Source of the DNA: a virus | Taxonomy: Duplodnaviria > Caudoviricetes | Reading direction: 5' to 3' (one strand) | Virus record (IMG/VR): IMGVR_UViG_3300045733_000207 | Span: 1-50,977 of that record | DNA length: 50,977 nucleotides | Notes under the pieces: model-generated | What the model saw: the letters and a program-made list of their open reading frames with translations, nothing else | The model's database searches: none | What the model was told of the DNA's origin: nothing | Shown: piece by piece, positions 1 through 11,600 of the stretch | Layout: each line of letters opens with the position of its first letter | Numbering within the stretch: the first letter of the stretch is position 1 | Program-made: the position numbers and the translations under genes

Positions 1-127
1 AATGAACGACTGTACCTTACTACAGCATTGATTGCGGGTGTGAATGAAACCATTGCACTTGATCAACAGACGTATCAGGGTTTGATCTCGCTTGGACTGG
101 ATTACTACATTTCTGATCAGGGGCAGT
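1..127. repeat. Terminal direct repeat, identical to 50851-50977; marks a circular or circularly permuted assembly
   Basis: Exact 127-bp identity of the first and last bases; the ORF starting at 50731 continues in frame into 1..255. Confidence 0.95.
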
Positions 128-255
128 GGACAATTCAGGGGTTAGATGGGGTTGAACGTAAGTACAAAGACAAGTTGAAGACTGTTCAAATGCGACATCA
201 GCAAACACTGTCGCTGAAATACAAGTTTGGGGATGTGGACTCCACTACTGGGTAA
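1..255 (+). CDS. 3' part of the join-spanning ~124-aa putative head-completion protein
   Basis: In-frame continuation of the 50731 ORF. Confidence 0.6.
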   Translation, partial: NERLYLTTALIAGVNETIALDQQTYQGLISLGLDYYISDQGQWTIQGLDGVERKYKDKLKTVQMRHQQTLSLKYKFGDVDSTTG

Positions 256-260
256 GTCTT

Positions 261-2792
261 ATGGCGGCTGAATACAAAATTGATATTCTGTGTGCGGAAG
301 AAAAGGCATACCTGATTCCGGGTAGTGAAGAATCCCGCGCATTGGTCAACGATAGAGTATTCAAACGCGCATGGAAAGGCATACCTAACAAGTTCCTGGA
401 ATCCATTACCGCCGACTTACGGGCAAGACGTACATATACCGCGCCGCAAGCGGACCTGAAAGAGTTTCCCGGCGTATGGCGGCAAGTGTCGGTTCAACAT
501 CTCATTGGCAAAGCTGAAAGTGATGGTCAAATAATCGAGTCGCTTGCGCTCGGTTTTCTACAGGCATTTGTCAGTCCTGATACCGATGTACGCCTGTTCA
601 AAGTGGAAGTTGTCCCGGAGATACCAACTCTTACCCTGACCCAAGTCTGGCGGTACTGCGACCCGCTCAAAGCAGATGACATGATAGTTGCCTTGCAGGG
701 TATCAAGACTGTAACCAATCCTGTTGCCGATGGACAGGCGTACACAGGCACGTACACAGTTGAGAAGGCATGGGGCGAGAAGCAGGAAGATGGCAGTGTT
801 GACATATTCCGTACCATGAACAGTGGGTTACTGACTGATTTCGAGTACACCTATGCCAAGAACTGTAAGGAAGATGTGCGGTTGATAGTAAAAGAAGGCT
901 TGAGCAAGACTGTATTGGAAGCCGCAATAGTAGAGTTTCAACGTGCCGCCTATAGTCCCGGCGTAATGAATGAGATCACTGTTGGTTTTGATACGCAACG
1001 CGGCCTTTACACCTTATCAGTACGGCAACATATAGCAATCAAGGTCACGCAAGCCCAATATCAGTCTTACGGTAGTGCGGCACGAACTGACTTGGAAGAT
1101 AAGGTCATCAACGATACCACGGCAACGCCACTGGATACCACGCGGGTTGCTGGTGAGATTATCAGGAGTACCGTTGAACTCAATGAGATGTGCCAGTATG
1201 ACAAAGACCGGGTAAAGGCAACAGTCATTGATCAAGAGGCAACGGATTACGATAATAATGCTGCGCGTGAGATAACACGGTTGAAACATACCGAAGCCGA
1301 TGCGCCCCTTGCTGATCCTGGCGTACCAACTCCCGGAACGATGAAGCGAAGGGTTAATCAGCCAACCGAGTCGGGAAAGAATCAGACGATTGACGAGACG
1401 GTAACGGCAATAGACCAGACTGCCAAAGACTACGACAATAATGCAGCGCGTGAGATAGAACGAACCAAGCATACCGAAGCCGATGCGCCCCTTGCTGATC
1501 CACTTGTACCTACGCCCGGAACTATGGTACGCAGAACCACGCAACCTAATGAGTCGGGCAAGAATCAGACGGTTGATGAGGTTGTCACCGTGATAGATCA
1601 GACCGCAACTGATTACGACAACAATGCGGCGCGGGAGATCACGAGGCTCAAGCATACAGAGAATCCAGCGGCATTGGATGATCCACTTGTACCGACCCCA
1701 GGCACAATGAAACGGCGGATCAATCAACCTACTGAGTCAGGTGAAGTTCAGACAGTGGATGAAACTATAGAAGTCATAGATCAAACCGCAACCGATTACG
1801 ACAAGAACGCGGCTCGACTGATCGAACGAGTGAAGCATACTGAAGGTGCTGTCGTTGCTGATCCTGACCCTGGCAATCCGCCAGCAGCCGGAACCTTACT
1901 ACGAATCATCAACGATGAAACTGAATCAGGCAAAGAACGGACAGTACTCGAAACCACTACGGTTATAGATCAAACTTCTACCGATTATGACAACAATGCG
2001 GCAAGGACAATACGACGAGACAAGAGAACCGAAAATGATGCAGCATTGGCCGATCCATTAGTCCCTACGCCGGGAACAATGAAACGGCGGATCAATCAAC
2101 CAAACGAATCAGGCAAACTGCAAACGGTGGATGAGACTGTTACCGTAGTTCCTCAACTTTCCACTGATTATGACAAGGCTATAGGTCACACCACCTCCAT
2201 ATCAAAAAACACTGAAGGTGATGCTGTAGCAGAACCAACTCCGGCCACTGGCACACAAGTTGTAGTCAAGAATGACCCGACCGAATCAGGCAAGAACCGC
2301 ACAGTCTCGGAACAGACCGTATTCAATATGCTTACGTTCCTGTTATCGTACAGTAGTGGTTATTCGACCAAACAATACTTGCATAGATCACACGCAACAG
2401 CGGCGCAGTTGGCGGTGGACAAAGCGGCATACCTGACGGCGACAACTAATAATTCAGCGTCGGGTTCTCAAGAGGATAATGGCCTATTGGAATACAGTAT
2501 GGATACCCGTACGCCAGACGATGTGGATGGCGGCGCATGGACTGCGTACAGTTTTACTGGCGTTGCTGAATATAATGGCGTCTTACGTGCATTCAAGGTG
2601 TGGGTACAGTATTTTGCTATACGCTCAGGTGCGGAAGCCTTTCTCAAGGTTGATGCACAGTCAGGTTATCAAACACATGATGGCATACGCGGTCATGTTA
2701 CAGGAATCAAGGGGCCGATGGTGGGGCAGTTTATATTTGAAGGCAAGCGCGTTGAAGTGGCAGATAAAGCAACAACGTGGGGTATCTCATAA
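261..2792 (+). CDS. 843-aa putative virion protein with six ~61-aa tandem repeats
   Basis: Long ORF in the structural operon; repeats IDQxATDYDNNAAR...ESGKxQTVDETV. Confidence 0.7.
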   Translation: MAAEYKIDILCAEEKAYLIPGSEESRALVNDRVFKRAWKGIPNKFLESITADLRARRTYTAPQADLKEFPGVWRQVSVQHLIGKAESDGQIIESLALGFLQAFVSPDTDVRLFKVEVVPEIPTLTLTQVWRYCDPLKADDMIVALQGIKTVTNPVADGQAYTGTYTVEKAWGEKQEDGSVDIFRTMNSGLLTDFEYTYAKNCKEDVRLIVKEGLSKTVLEAAIVEFQRAAYSPGVMNEITVGFDTQRGLYTLSVRQHIAIKVTQAQYQSYGSAARTDLEDKVINDTTATPLDTTRVAGEIIRSTVELNEMCQYDKDRVKATVIDQEATDYDNNAAREITRLKHTEADAPLADPGVPTPGTMKRRVNQPTESGKNQTIDETVTAIDQTAKDYDNNAAREIERTKHTEADAPLADPLVPTPGTMVRRTTQPNESGKNQTVDEVVTVIDQTATDYDNNAAREITRLKHTENPAALDDPLVPTPGTMKRRINQPTESGEVQTVDETIEVIDQTATDYDKNAARLIERVKHTEGAVVADPDPGNPPAAGTLLRIINDETESGKERTVLETTTVIDQTSTDYDNNAARTIRRDKRTENDAALADPLVPTPGTMKRRINQPNESGKLQTVDETVTVVPQLSTDYDKAIGHTTSISKNTEGDAVAEPTPATGTQVVVKNDPTESGKNRTVSEQTVFNMLTFLLSYSSGYSTKQYLHRSHATAAQLAVDKAAYLTATTNNSASGSQEDNGLLEYSMDTRTPDDVDGGAWTAYSFTGVAEYNGVLRAFKVWVQYFAIRSGAEAFLKVDAQSGYQTHDGIRGHVTGIKGPMVGQFIFEGKRVEVADKATTWGIS
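1227..2330 (+). repeat. Six coding tandem repeats of ~183 bp (61 aa)
   Basis: Visible in the translation; boundaries approximate. Confidence 0.85.
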
Positions 2793-3607
2793 TGGCAAAG
2801 GGCGGTAACACATGGGATGATCCTGAAATGGAAGGACAAGAGGAACGTGTGTATCCGGCGAGCCGCAACACCAATGATGTTCCCGTAGGTCAGTCACGTA
2901 ACACCAATGATCAATCTAAAGTCAAACAGACACAGTGGGAATCTACGCCCGGTTATCACGCCATAGGTTCACCGAAAGTTGAGCCACCACCTACACCCAA
3001 ACCGATTGCCAATCCCTTTCCTGACAAGACGCCACAAGAAAAGGAGCAGGAACTTAATGCTAAACTTTCCATGTTGACCAACAAAGTCTTGGAACAGGAA
3101 GCGACACTGGAAGAACTGAATATGAAGGTCGCAATGGGAGTAGGACAGGATTCTACTTGGCCGAGTCATCCGCCTGTTGAGGGTAATCAATTTCGACTGA
3201 CAATCCAGAATACGGGAACGAAATTGTATATCGGTGCTGGCAACATTTGGGCAGGCATCCTGGCGCAATGGTACTGGCCGAGTGGAAGTAATATTGATAA
3301 TTTCGCGGTTCCCGCAGCGGGGCGATACATAGTAGGTATGGTGATAAGAGTTGATCCTGACACTGGCACTTTTGCGGCAGGATACGAACCATATCTTGAT
3401 AAATTTGTGGATGCCGGATCAACACCAGCCATGCAAACTGGTAGTACATGCTTCAAGTCATTGGGATGGGCAGTCAGCAACGGCAGTAAATGGACGAATT
3501 GCGGTCAGATATATTCTGCCACAATAGAAGTGCCGGTTTTGTACTTCCAGCCTCCATGCGATGATCCGCAGTGGTATTGTACATGGCAAAATGTTGATCA
3601 ATTTTGA
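2792..3607 (+). CDS. Hypothetical structural-module protein
   Basis: ATG overlaps the upstream TAA; ~271 aa with a coiled-coil-like middle. Confidence 0.65.
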   Translation: MAKGGNTWDDPEMEGQEERVYPASRNTNDVPVGQSRNTNDQSKVKQTQWESTPGYHAIGSPKVEPPPTPKPIANPFPDKTPQEKEQELNAKLSMLTNKVLEQEATLEELNMKVAMGVGQDSTWPSHPPVEGNQFRLTIQNTGTKLYIGAGNIWAGILAQWYWPSGSNIDNFAVPAAGRYIVGMVIRVDPDTGTFAAGYEPYLDKFVDAGSTPAMQTGSTCFKSLGWAVSNGSKWTNCGQIYSATIEVPVLYFQPPCDDPQWYCTWQNVDQF

Positions 3608-3609
3608 TT

Positions 3610-4347
3610 ATGAAAGGTGTAGTAATGAAAACGGGTTTTGTCAGATGTTTATGGGGTATAGATAATCCCGGAACAGCTCGACAACAGTTGAATAGTGAGA
3701 TTGATTTTGCGTTGACTCAAACCAAGAAGTTTCCACATACGTTTACAACGTTTGTTTATGGGAAAGACAACTACACTTTCCTGAAACGGAAAGGTCTTGA
3801 TGTAGTTCTGGCTGGCGAGGATTCTGATTCATGGCCTGATCTAAAAGATAAGTACCGTCCCAAGATTGACCTCATACGTTACGCAATGGGAGAAGGTGGA
3901 TTTGACGAAATTGTTTTCCTGGACTGGGACTGTTACCCAACATCTGCGACACCTGACGATTTTTGGGAAGAAACTCGCAAGAAGGGCAAGATGCAGATGA
4001 ACTTGATGCGGATTCGCAGAATACCTTTTTTGCCATGGCGGAATAATGGGCGAGAATTTCGCAGTATTAGTGGATTCATGTATCTTGCCGATAAAACTAT
4101 TCCTGTACGCGCAATAGAGGCTTGGGAAACATTGCCAGACAAAAGCAGATGGAGCGATGATAATGCGTGGCGTATCGTTCAGGATGAAGTCATGGGTGGT
4201 TGGAAAGGGATTGACGCCTATTACGAAACATGTGAACCAAAGTTCTGTAATGTGAAGAAGTCGCGTGTTCCATATAGTATGGAGCAGATGGCGCAAAAAC
4301 AGCAATGCTTCTATCACGAATGGTCAACACCACCTAGACCGAAATAA
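3610..4347 (+). CDS. Putative GT-A fold glycosyltransferase
   Basis: Hydrophobic strand plus DxD (IVFLDWDCY), upstream PKIDLI motif, downstream SG and SDD motifs; start uncertain. Confidence 0.6.
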   Translation: MKGVVMKTGFVRCLWGIDNPGTARQQLNSEIDFALTQTKKFPHTFTTFVYGKDNYTFLKRKGLDVVLAGEDSDSWPDLKDKYRPKIDLIRYAMGEGGFDEIVFLDWDCYPTSATPDDFWEETRKKGKMQMNLMRIRRIPFLPWRNNGREFRSISGFMYLADKTIPVRAIEAWETLPDKSRWSDDNAWRIVQDEVMGGWKGIDAYYETCEPKFCNVKKSRVPYSMEQMAQKQQCFYHEWSTPPRPK

Positions 4348-4364
4348 CGAACAGGAGAGATAAT

Positions 4365-5615
4365 ATGGCCTCATATAGAGATTTCATGGGATACGACGAA
4401 GAACAGAAGAAAAGAGAAGAACAGAAGAAAAGACTTGGACTGAATGCACAGGGTTACTTGGGTGCGTTAGGTGCGAGTCCGGCAATGTCCCAAAACGATT
4501 TACAGCCGGGACAAGGACTAGCCTATGGCAGTACAGGTCGAACAGCAACTACAGGAATGCCTAATCTATATGGCAACACAAACCCAGTATCACCCGCCAG
4601 TACCTATCCAGCCACATTACGTCAACTGAACCCGGCTGAGGCCGCTACAGCCACTACAGCCCCGCTACAGCCTCCACAGCCTATGCGTAGCGCAACTCAG
4701 CAGGCTCAGATAAGGGCTGGTTTGTCTTTGCCAGCCAATGCCGGGTATGAGGAGCGGAAAGCATACCTTTTGGGCAAAATGGGCGGAACCCGGAATACCA
4801 GTGAATTACGTGGTTATCAGGCAGACTTGGCCGGACTTGTAAATCCCAATGCGGAACCTGTATTGACGAAGGAACAACGTAAACTGGCGGCTGACATAGA
4901 ATTGGAAAAGGTAAGACAGGGCGGCAGAATGGGACTGCGTGAATTCGACTGGACTAACAAGAATATGACTCGTGAGGATGTACAGGCGTTTCAGGCGCAA
5001 CAGGCGACACAGGCTCAAGCGGCAGTTGCGTCTAATCTGGAAGCACGGCGCAAGGCTGACGAGAACGCAATGATTGCTCAAGGTAAAGTTCCGAGTAATG
5101 ATCCAAACTCGCCATTTCAGATTGAGTTGAAGAATAAGTCGTTAGCGCGAATTGATGAGGCGATAGCAATCAACGAGAATAAAGCAGGTTTAGCCAATAG
5201 TGCGGCTGAACTGGCTATGAACCGTGAAGAAAATGTTGCCCTGTACAAAGCAAAAATGGAAGCAGCAAAGACGATTGAGCGAACATGGCAAAAGGATAAG
5301 GATGGGAAGGTTATTGGAGAGACTGATACTCAGTCATTAGTGAATCCACCGCAACCTACCGCGCCGGAAGTGGAGCAGGGTACACCTACTGCGGGAAATG
5401 ATGCTGACAACAATGGTGTGCCTGACAATTTGATGTGGACTGATCCCAAAGCAAACACCAAACACAACATGAACACTATCGTGAATTGGATTACCAAGTA
5501 TGAGAGTTTGCCGGAAACTGATCCTATGCGCGAGAAGTGGGCTGCGAAGTATGAGTTGGAAAGAAAGCGCAAACAACTATGGTTGAGTTCTCAGACCAAA
5601 CCGCAGACGACATAA
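4365..5615 (+). CDS. Putative ejection/internal virion protein
   Basis: AGGAG RBS; Ala/Gln-rich helical composition; lies just before the giant protein. Confidence 0.55.
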   Translation: MASYRDFMGYDEEQKKREEQKKRLGLNAQGYLGALGASPAMSQNDLQPGQGLAYGSTGRTATTGMPNLYGNTNPVSPASTYPATLRQLNPAEAATATTAPLQPPQPMRSATQQAQIRAGLSLPANAGYEERKAYLLGKMGGTRNTSELRGYQADLAGLVNPNAEPVLTKEQRKLAADIELEKVRQGGRMGLREFDWTNKNMTREDVQAFQAQQATQAQAAVASNLEARRKADENAMIAQGKVPSNDPNSPFQIELKNKSLARIDEAIAINENKAGLANSAAELAMNREENVALYKAKMEAAKTIERTWQKDKDGKVIGETDTQSLVNPPQPTAPEVEQGTPTAGNDADNNGVPDNLMWTDPKANTKHNMNTIVNWITKYESLPETDPMREKWAAKYELERKRKQLWLSSQTKPQTT

Positions 5616-5624
5616 GAGAATGAT

Positions 5625-8600
5625 ATGGACACGGATTACGATGAACTACTGAATTACAAGCCGACTCAATCGGCAACAGCGGTAGCACCATCTTCTGATT
5701 ACGATGAATTGCTGAAGTATCAACCACCTAAACCGCCACAAGTTCAACCGCCAGTTCAACCACCTACGGAATCTGATTACGATGAACTACTGAATTACAA
5801 GACTCCTACCCCTACTCCGACCCCACCGCCTGATCCGTACTTTGCCGGGATGGTTGACAAGTTCAATCAAGGTTACAACGCCTTACAGACTGTCAGTGGA
5901 TTTGTTTCGGGTGTTGCACAGAACAGGGAAGCTGAACGACAATCGTATCTTACCGAAGATCAGAAGTTGGCTGAACGCATGAAGGATGCAAGACGTGAAT
6001 ACGTTGCCGCGCCGGTTGGTAGTCCTGAAGCAGTTGCGGCACAACGTCAACCTGAACTAGGTAAGAAGGCGCAAGGTGTTGACGTGAATCAACGACCGTC
6101 TTTGGTTGCTAGAGCAGTAGAACAGTACGGAACAGCGGCAACACCTGATTTTGCATTCAAGATGTGGGGTATGTCACCTGTTAGTGAATCCGGTGAAGCG
6201 CAAACTCCCGGTGAAGTAGCAACAGATTTCCTTGCACAAACCGCCGGAACACTCACTGGCTTTGGCGCGGTGAGCGGCGGCTTAAAACTAATCACAAAAG
6301 CATTCAAGATTCCGACGTATGTCGCGCAACTTGCTTCACTTTACAAGACTGCTCCAAAGTTGGCGAAGATCGCTGATGCTGGACTACGAAACGCCACACT
6401 CTTTGGAACACATAGCCAGATTTACATTCCTGTTGATACAACGGTGACTGAACGAGCAAAGGCGTTGGGGCAATCACAGATTGATGCTGCTTTGTTCACT
6501 GGTGCTGGACTTGCTCCAAAGTTACTACAGACACCGGCAATGGCTGGCGTAGGATGGGTTATGGCAGGTGAAAATGCTTCACAAGAAGACCGCGCCGTGA
6601 GTATGGCGACAATGGTCTTATTGCATCTCATGGGACAAGGCGCAGAACGAATCAAGGCAATCCGTGAAACATCTGATATACTCAAGGAAACGGGTGTCAA
6701 TAACCCTGTAGAATTGGCGGTAACAGTTCTGGATGGTATCACACCTGAACAGATAGATTCCGTAAAGCGCCAGGCCACCAAAGTCCCGCCATCCGCCGTC
6801 CTAAATCCGCCCGACCGTGTTGGCAAGTTCAAGCGATTTGGGCCAAGACCTGCTGAACAACCTGTAAAATCTCCTATTCAGCGTGAAGACTACAAAGGAC
6901 AACATAGACCAGTAACGATCGAAGGGGGAGCCGCTAGACTTGACGACTTAACACCCGCCTTTGGCTTGGATATATATGGCAAGGATGCAGTTCGATACTT
7001 TGGAACAGGTGATACTAAATTGGATGGCGAAACTGTCAATATACTTCAATCGCTCAAAGGGAAACCGGATGCCGACGTGAAAGTATATAGAGCCATTCCA
7101 AAAGAAGTTAACGAAACGGACTTAAAGCAGGGAGATTGGGTAACTGTAAACAAGGATTACGCCGAACAACATGGGCAAACAACGCTCGGAGGAAATCATA
7201 AGATAATTACACAGACGGTCAGAGCAAGAGATTTAACGACAAATGCAGACTCCTTTCATGAACAGGGTTATTATCCTTCCGAAGTTCTTGCCCCAAGTGA
7301 GACGCAAATCGGTGAACAACCTATCGTACCCCAACCCACTTTGCCGGTTCAGCCAAGGCAACCTACACAACCCATAGAGGCGCAAGCCACTACTACTAGG
7401 CCAACGGCTGAACCGGCGAGTATTCTGAATACTATATGGTATCGAGGAATTCCACCTGAAGGCAAAGATTTAGCAAGTGGGGACACATTCTATTCGGCAA
7501 GTAAAGGTGTTGCCGACGAATACGCATCACAACTTGGACAGGACAAGCGTGGCAAAGTCAGCGAACACGGCAAGGATATAATGCCGAAGAATCCACTTGT
7601 CATTGAATCCAAAGAAGTGTTGGCAGAAAACATGGGTATTGATGATCCGTTTAATAAAGACTTCGACGCCAAAGCCAAGGCCTATGCTCAAGACAAAGGT
7701 TACGATGGAATATATTACGAAAATGGTACGACAGATTTTAACACCGGAGAATTACCGCCAGAACTTCATGTATTTCCCCAACCCACTCCCGCCGCACCGC
7801 CTACACCGGCGAAAGCCCCAGCAGTACAAGACAAGGGGGAGACGTTGATTCCGTCCCTCGTAAAAACGGTGGTTACAAATCATCCCCTGTACGGACATCA
7901 GCCGATGGAGATTTTAGAGGAATATCACGACTCCTACATCACCAAAACTGAGGGTGGACATATAGCCGTTGTATCTAAAGACGGAACCACAGTGTTCTTT
8001 CCAGCGATGGATGAAGATGTTAAACCAAGACGTATCATCAAATCAGCAGATAATGTAGAAACCGCCAGAAAATATCTTGATTGGAGGGTGGCAGCCGAAG
8101 CCAAAAATAAACTAATCGCAGACCGACAGAGGAACGCAACCATACCGGAACAGAAAGCCCCGGTCACTCAGACCGCACCTATCTTCAAAACTGCAACGAA
8201 ACCCGCAACACGTACTGACATCAAGAAGGCAAGATTCTTTGAATTACGTGACATGGCAAAGTCAGCGAAATACGAGTCAGGTGAAACGGCATTTGATCAC
8301 AGACAAGGCAATAGTCAAAAGGATTTACTCAATGCAGTTCTGGAACATCGTCGCTGGTACAACGAATCTATGGGCAAGAAAGAACGTGCGCCCATCTCAA
8401 AAGAAACGAGAGCAAAACTCAGTAGAGCGGCGGTAGATCGAAAGTACCGTGAAGATGAAATAGCACAACTTGATTCAGTCGCAGCGGAAGCCTATCGAAA
8501 TGGAGACAACGAAACTGCTCGTAATGCGGCAATGGCGGCAAACGAACTTCGCGGCAAGACTGAGGACGTTACACTTGATAGCCTTAAGCCGGGTGATACC

Positions 8601-11600
8601 TTTACACTCGACGGGGAACAACACAGGGTTATGGCAGAAACCGATACTTCATTGCGAATCAAAGATGGTGTAGAATTCTCAATACCTTATGAACAAGATG
8701 GAATCATTATTGATAAAGGTTCACTGAAACACAATCAACCGCCAGAAGTAGTGAAAGCGACTGAACCCAAAGCCCCCGGCGAACTATTCTCGGAATCTGA
8801 GAAGCCGTTCAATCTAGCGCAAGAATCTTCCCTGGACAATGCCGTAGTCATGGCAGAACAGGCAAAGACCGCAGCGCAGAAGGCACAGCAGGAAACGGCT
8901 CAGGTCAAGATGGACTTGACCGGACAACCTCCTGACTCACCTTACCAAGTAGGTCAAACCGTGAAACTGGCTGGCAAGAACCCGCGTACCGCTGTCATTA
9001 CCAAGATAAGCACGGATACCGAGACTGGTGATGTTTACTACGACTTGAAGCCAAACAAAGGTGATCCGATTGGCAATGCAACTGAACGTGATTTTAAGGC
9101 ACTAAAGACACCAGCCCCCACAATGGATCAGATACTTGCCAAGCAACGTGCAGCCAAAGTCAGCCCATTGGATAAGTTGTCGGCCAATGAACGGGCGGCA
9201 GTCGAGCAAATGAACATTTCCGAAGGCGAAAAGAAGAAGGTCGCGGAACGGATGCTGGCGAAGAAGATGGGGCCGGGTGCAGCTAATCCCGAAGATATAT
9301 CAGAAAGTTTTGGCCTTCAAGAACGAGTCATTGCACCACTGAATGAAGCACTTGGCCGAAAACCGGAAGTCAAAGGTGAACCTGTTTCAGATGAAACGGT
9401 AACAAAACAAGCGTTGGATAACATCAATGCTGACCCGAATCACGTGACAAATCTTGTCAAAAACTTACAATCCAATCCTCACCCATTAAACAATCTGGAA
9501 GTTGTCACCTTAAGTGTCGGAGCAAATAAATTGCTTCAAGTCAGAAATGCGGCAGCAGAACGAACAAATCAAGCGGCAGCGAAAGGTGATGAACCTGCCC
9601 GAATCAAAGCACAAGAAGAATTTATGCTGGCGGCAAAAGAAGTTGACGATATTCTTGACGTAACAGCTAGAGGTCACGACAAATCTGTTTCTGAGATGGG
9701 TAGAGCATTGAGACAGTTGCGCGTCTTACGTGATGAAGAATTCAAGGTCATTACGATGGAAAGCAATCTCAAGGCGAGACAAGGCGGAAAACCATTGACA
9801 CCTGAACAGATGGCCGAAGTTCAACGACTCCACGGCGAATGGGTCAAAGCGCAAGGTGAAGTTGAAACTGGCAAGACTGAACGGACAAAGGCGGCAACTG
9901 ATACGACTATGCGCGATATTGAACAAAAGGCCAGAAAGCAATCCAAAGTTGATCCAGACAAGGTGTTGACGCGAATCAGGAATGCACTGGCAGCCGATCC
10001 CGAATTGACTGTTGCCGATATGCAGACTGACTTACAGAAACTTGCCTTGTATCTGGAACAGAAGAACATTGATGCCAATAAGGGTAAATCCACTTTGACC
10101 CATGAAGAACTTGTCACGCAGTTACATGAACTGATTAGACGTGAAATGCCAACAGTAAGGCCGGATGAAATACGTGATGCTTTGACGGGATACGGGCAAG
10201 TCCGGTATCCGAGCAAGGATGTAGCCAAGACCGCATTGCGTGGACATAAGGCGGAGTTGTTAAAGGTTGCGCCACTTGAGACTGTTCAAAAGAACATTGC
10301 TGAGTTGCAGACCAAAGCCAAACAAGCGGAGATTGAAGCAACCAAGCATACAGGTTATCAACGTGACCAAGCGACCGCACGAGCACGAGAATTGACCAAG
10401 CAACTTAACAACGCCATGAAGGAACAAGACCGGCTCATGGGCGAACTTGGAATCAAACCGGACGATTCAGCCCAACGACTCAAGAGCGGACTGGACGCCA
10501 AAGAAACAAGGTTGACCAATGAGATTGCTGATATAGACCGGGCGATTGCCGAGAACAAACGACTGGTAAAGGCACAACCGTCAGTTCTGATGAATGAGAA
10601 GATCAAGGCATTGGAAGCGAAACGCGCCGAACGCAAGGCGCAATATGATGAGATATTCCCGGAACAACCCATAACCGATCAACAACGGCTAGACCGTGCA
10701 ATCAAAGTTGCGGCGCGTAGTCTTGCCGATTGGACGCAACGTGCAATAGATGCGGCGGCGGGTAAGTTCAAAACCAAAGAACCCGGCAAACCACTTCCCG
10801 AAAGTGATAAGTTGATGAACATCATCAAAGAACGGGAAGCGGCTAAAGTGGAAGTTCAGCGGTTGCGTGACATTGCCTTCCCCAAGAAATCCGCCCACGA
10901 AATAGCATTACAGACTTACAGAACACGTACCGAGAACCGGATCAAGTTCCTAGAAGACAAGATGGCACGAAATGACTTTACCACTCCGCAACGTGATCCA
11001 CTCGACATATCCGGTGAGCCAAAGGCTTTGGCGGCGCAGGCAAAACTTGGCGAGATCAAGCAGCGATATGACAACCTCAAGAAGCAGGCATGGTGGAACA
11101 CTCTTGGTCATGGTGAAAAAACTTGGGTGATGGCTAAAGGAGTTTATGAGAGTATTCGCAATTTGCGATACGCTTTTGATAACTCCATATTAGGAAGACA
11201 GGGTTGGTGGATGTTGTTGTCACATCCTAAAGAAGTTTGGGCTAAGGCGGTTCTGCCTTCTACTGCTGCTGCATCCAAAACACAAAGTATGAAATACGCA
11301 GCCGAATTCGATGAACGTCCTAATCATAAAAACGGGTTTGATGATATATCTGGATTGAGTTACAACAAAGCAGATAAATCCGGCAACTATCTCGCCGCTG
11401 ATGATCGCCAAGAACTGAATGTAACACGCAGAGTTCCCGGTATTGACGCTTCGGGTCGCATGTATGCTACAGGTGCAAACCTGATTCGTGGTGGAGCTTT
11501 CGACTTCTTCTTAGCCAACACCAAGACTGGTGCAAGGCTAACGCGAAACCCAAAGAACCTTTCGGCTCAGGACAAGCAGTTCTTGAAAGACATAGCACAG

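Noticed and set aside
1-127. 127-bp terminal repeat as a biological direct terminal repeat
   Set aside because: It falls in the middle of a gene and equals a common assembler k-mer length, so it is most likely an assembly overlap.
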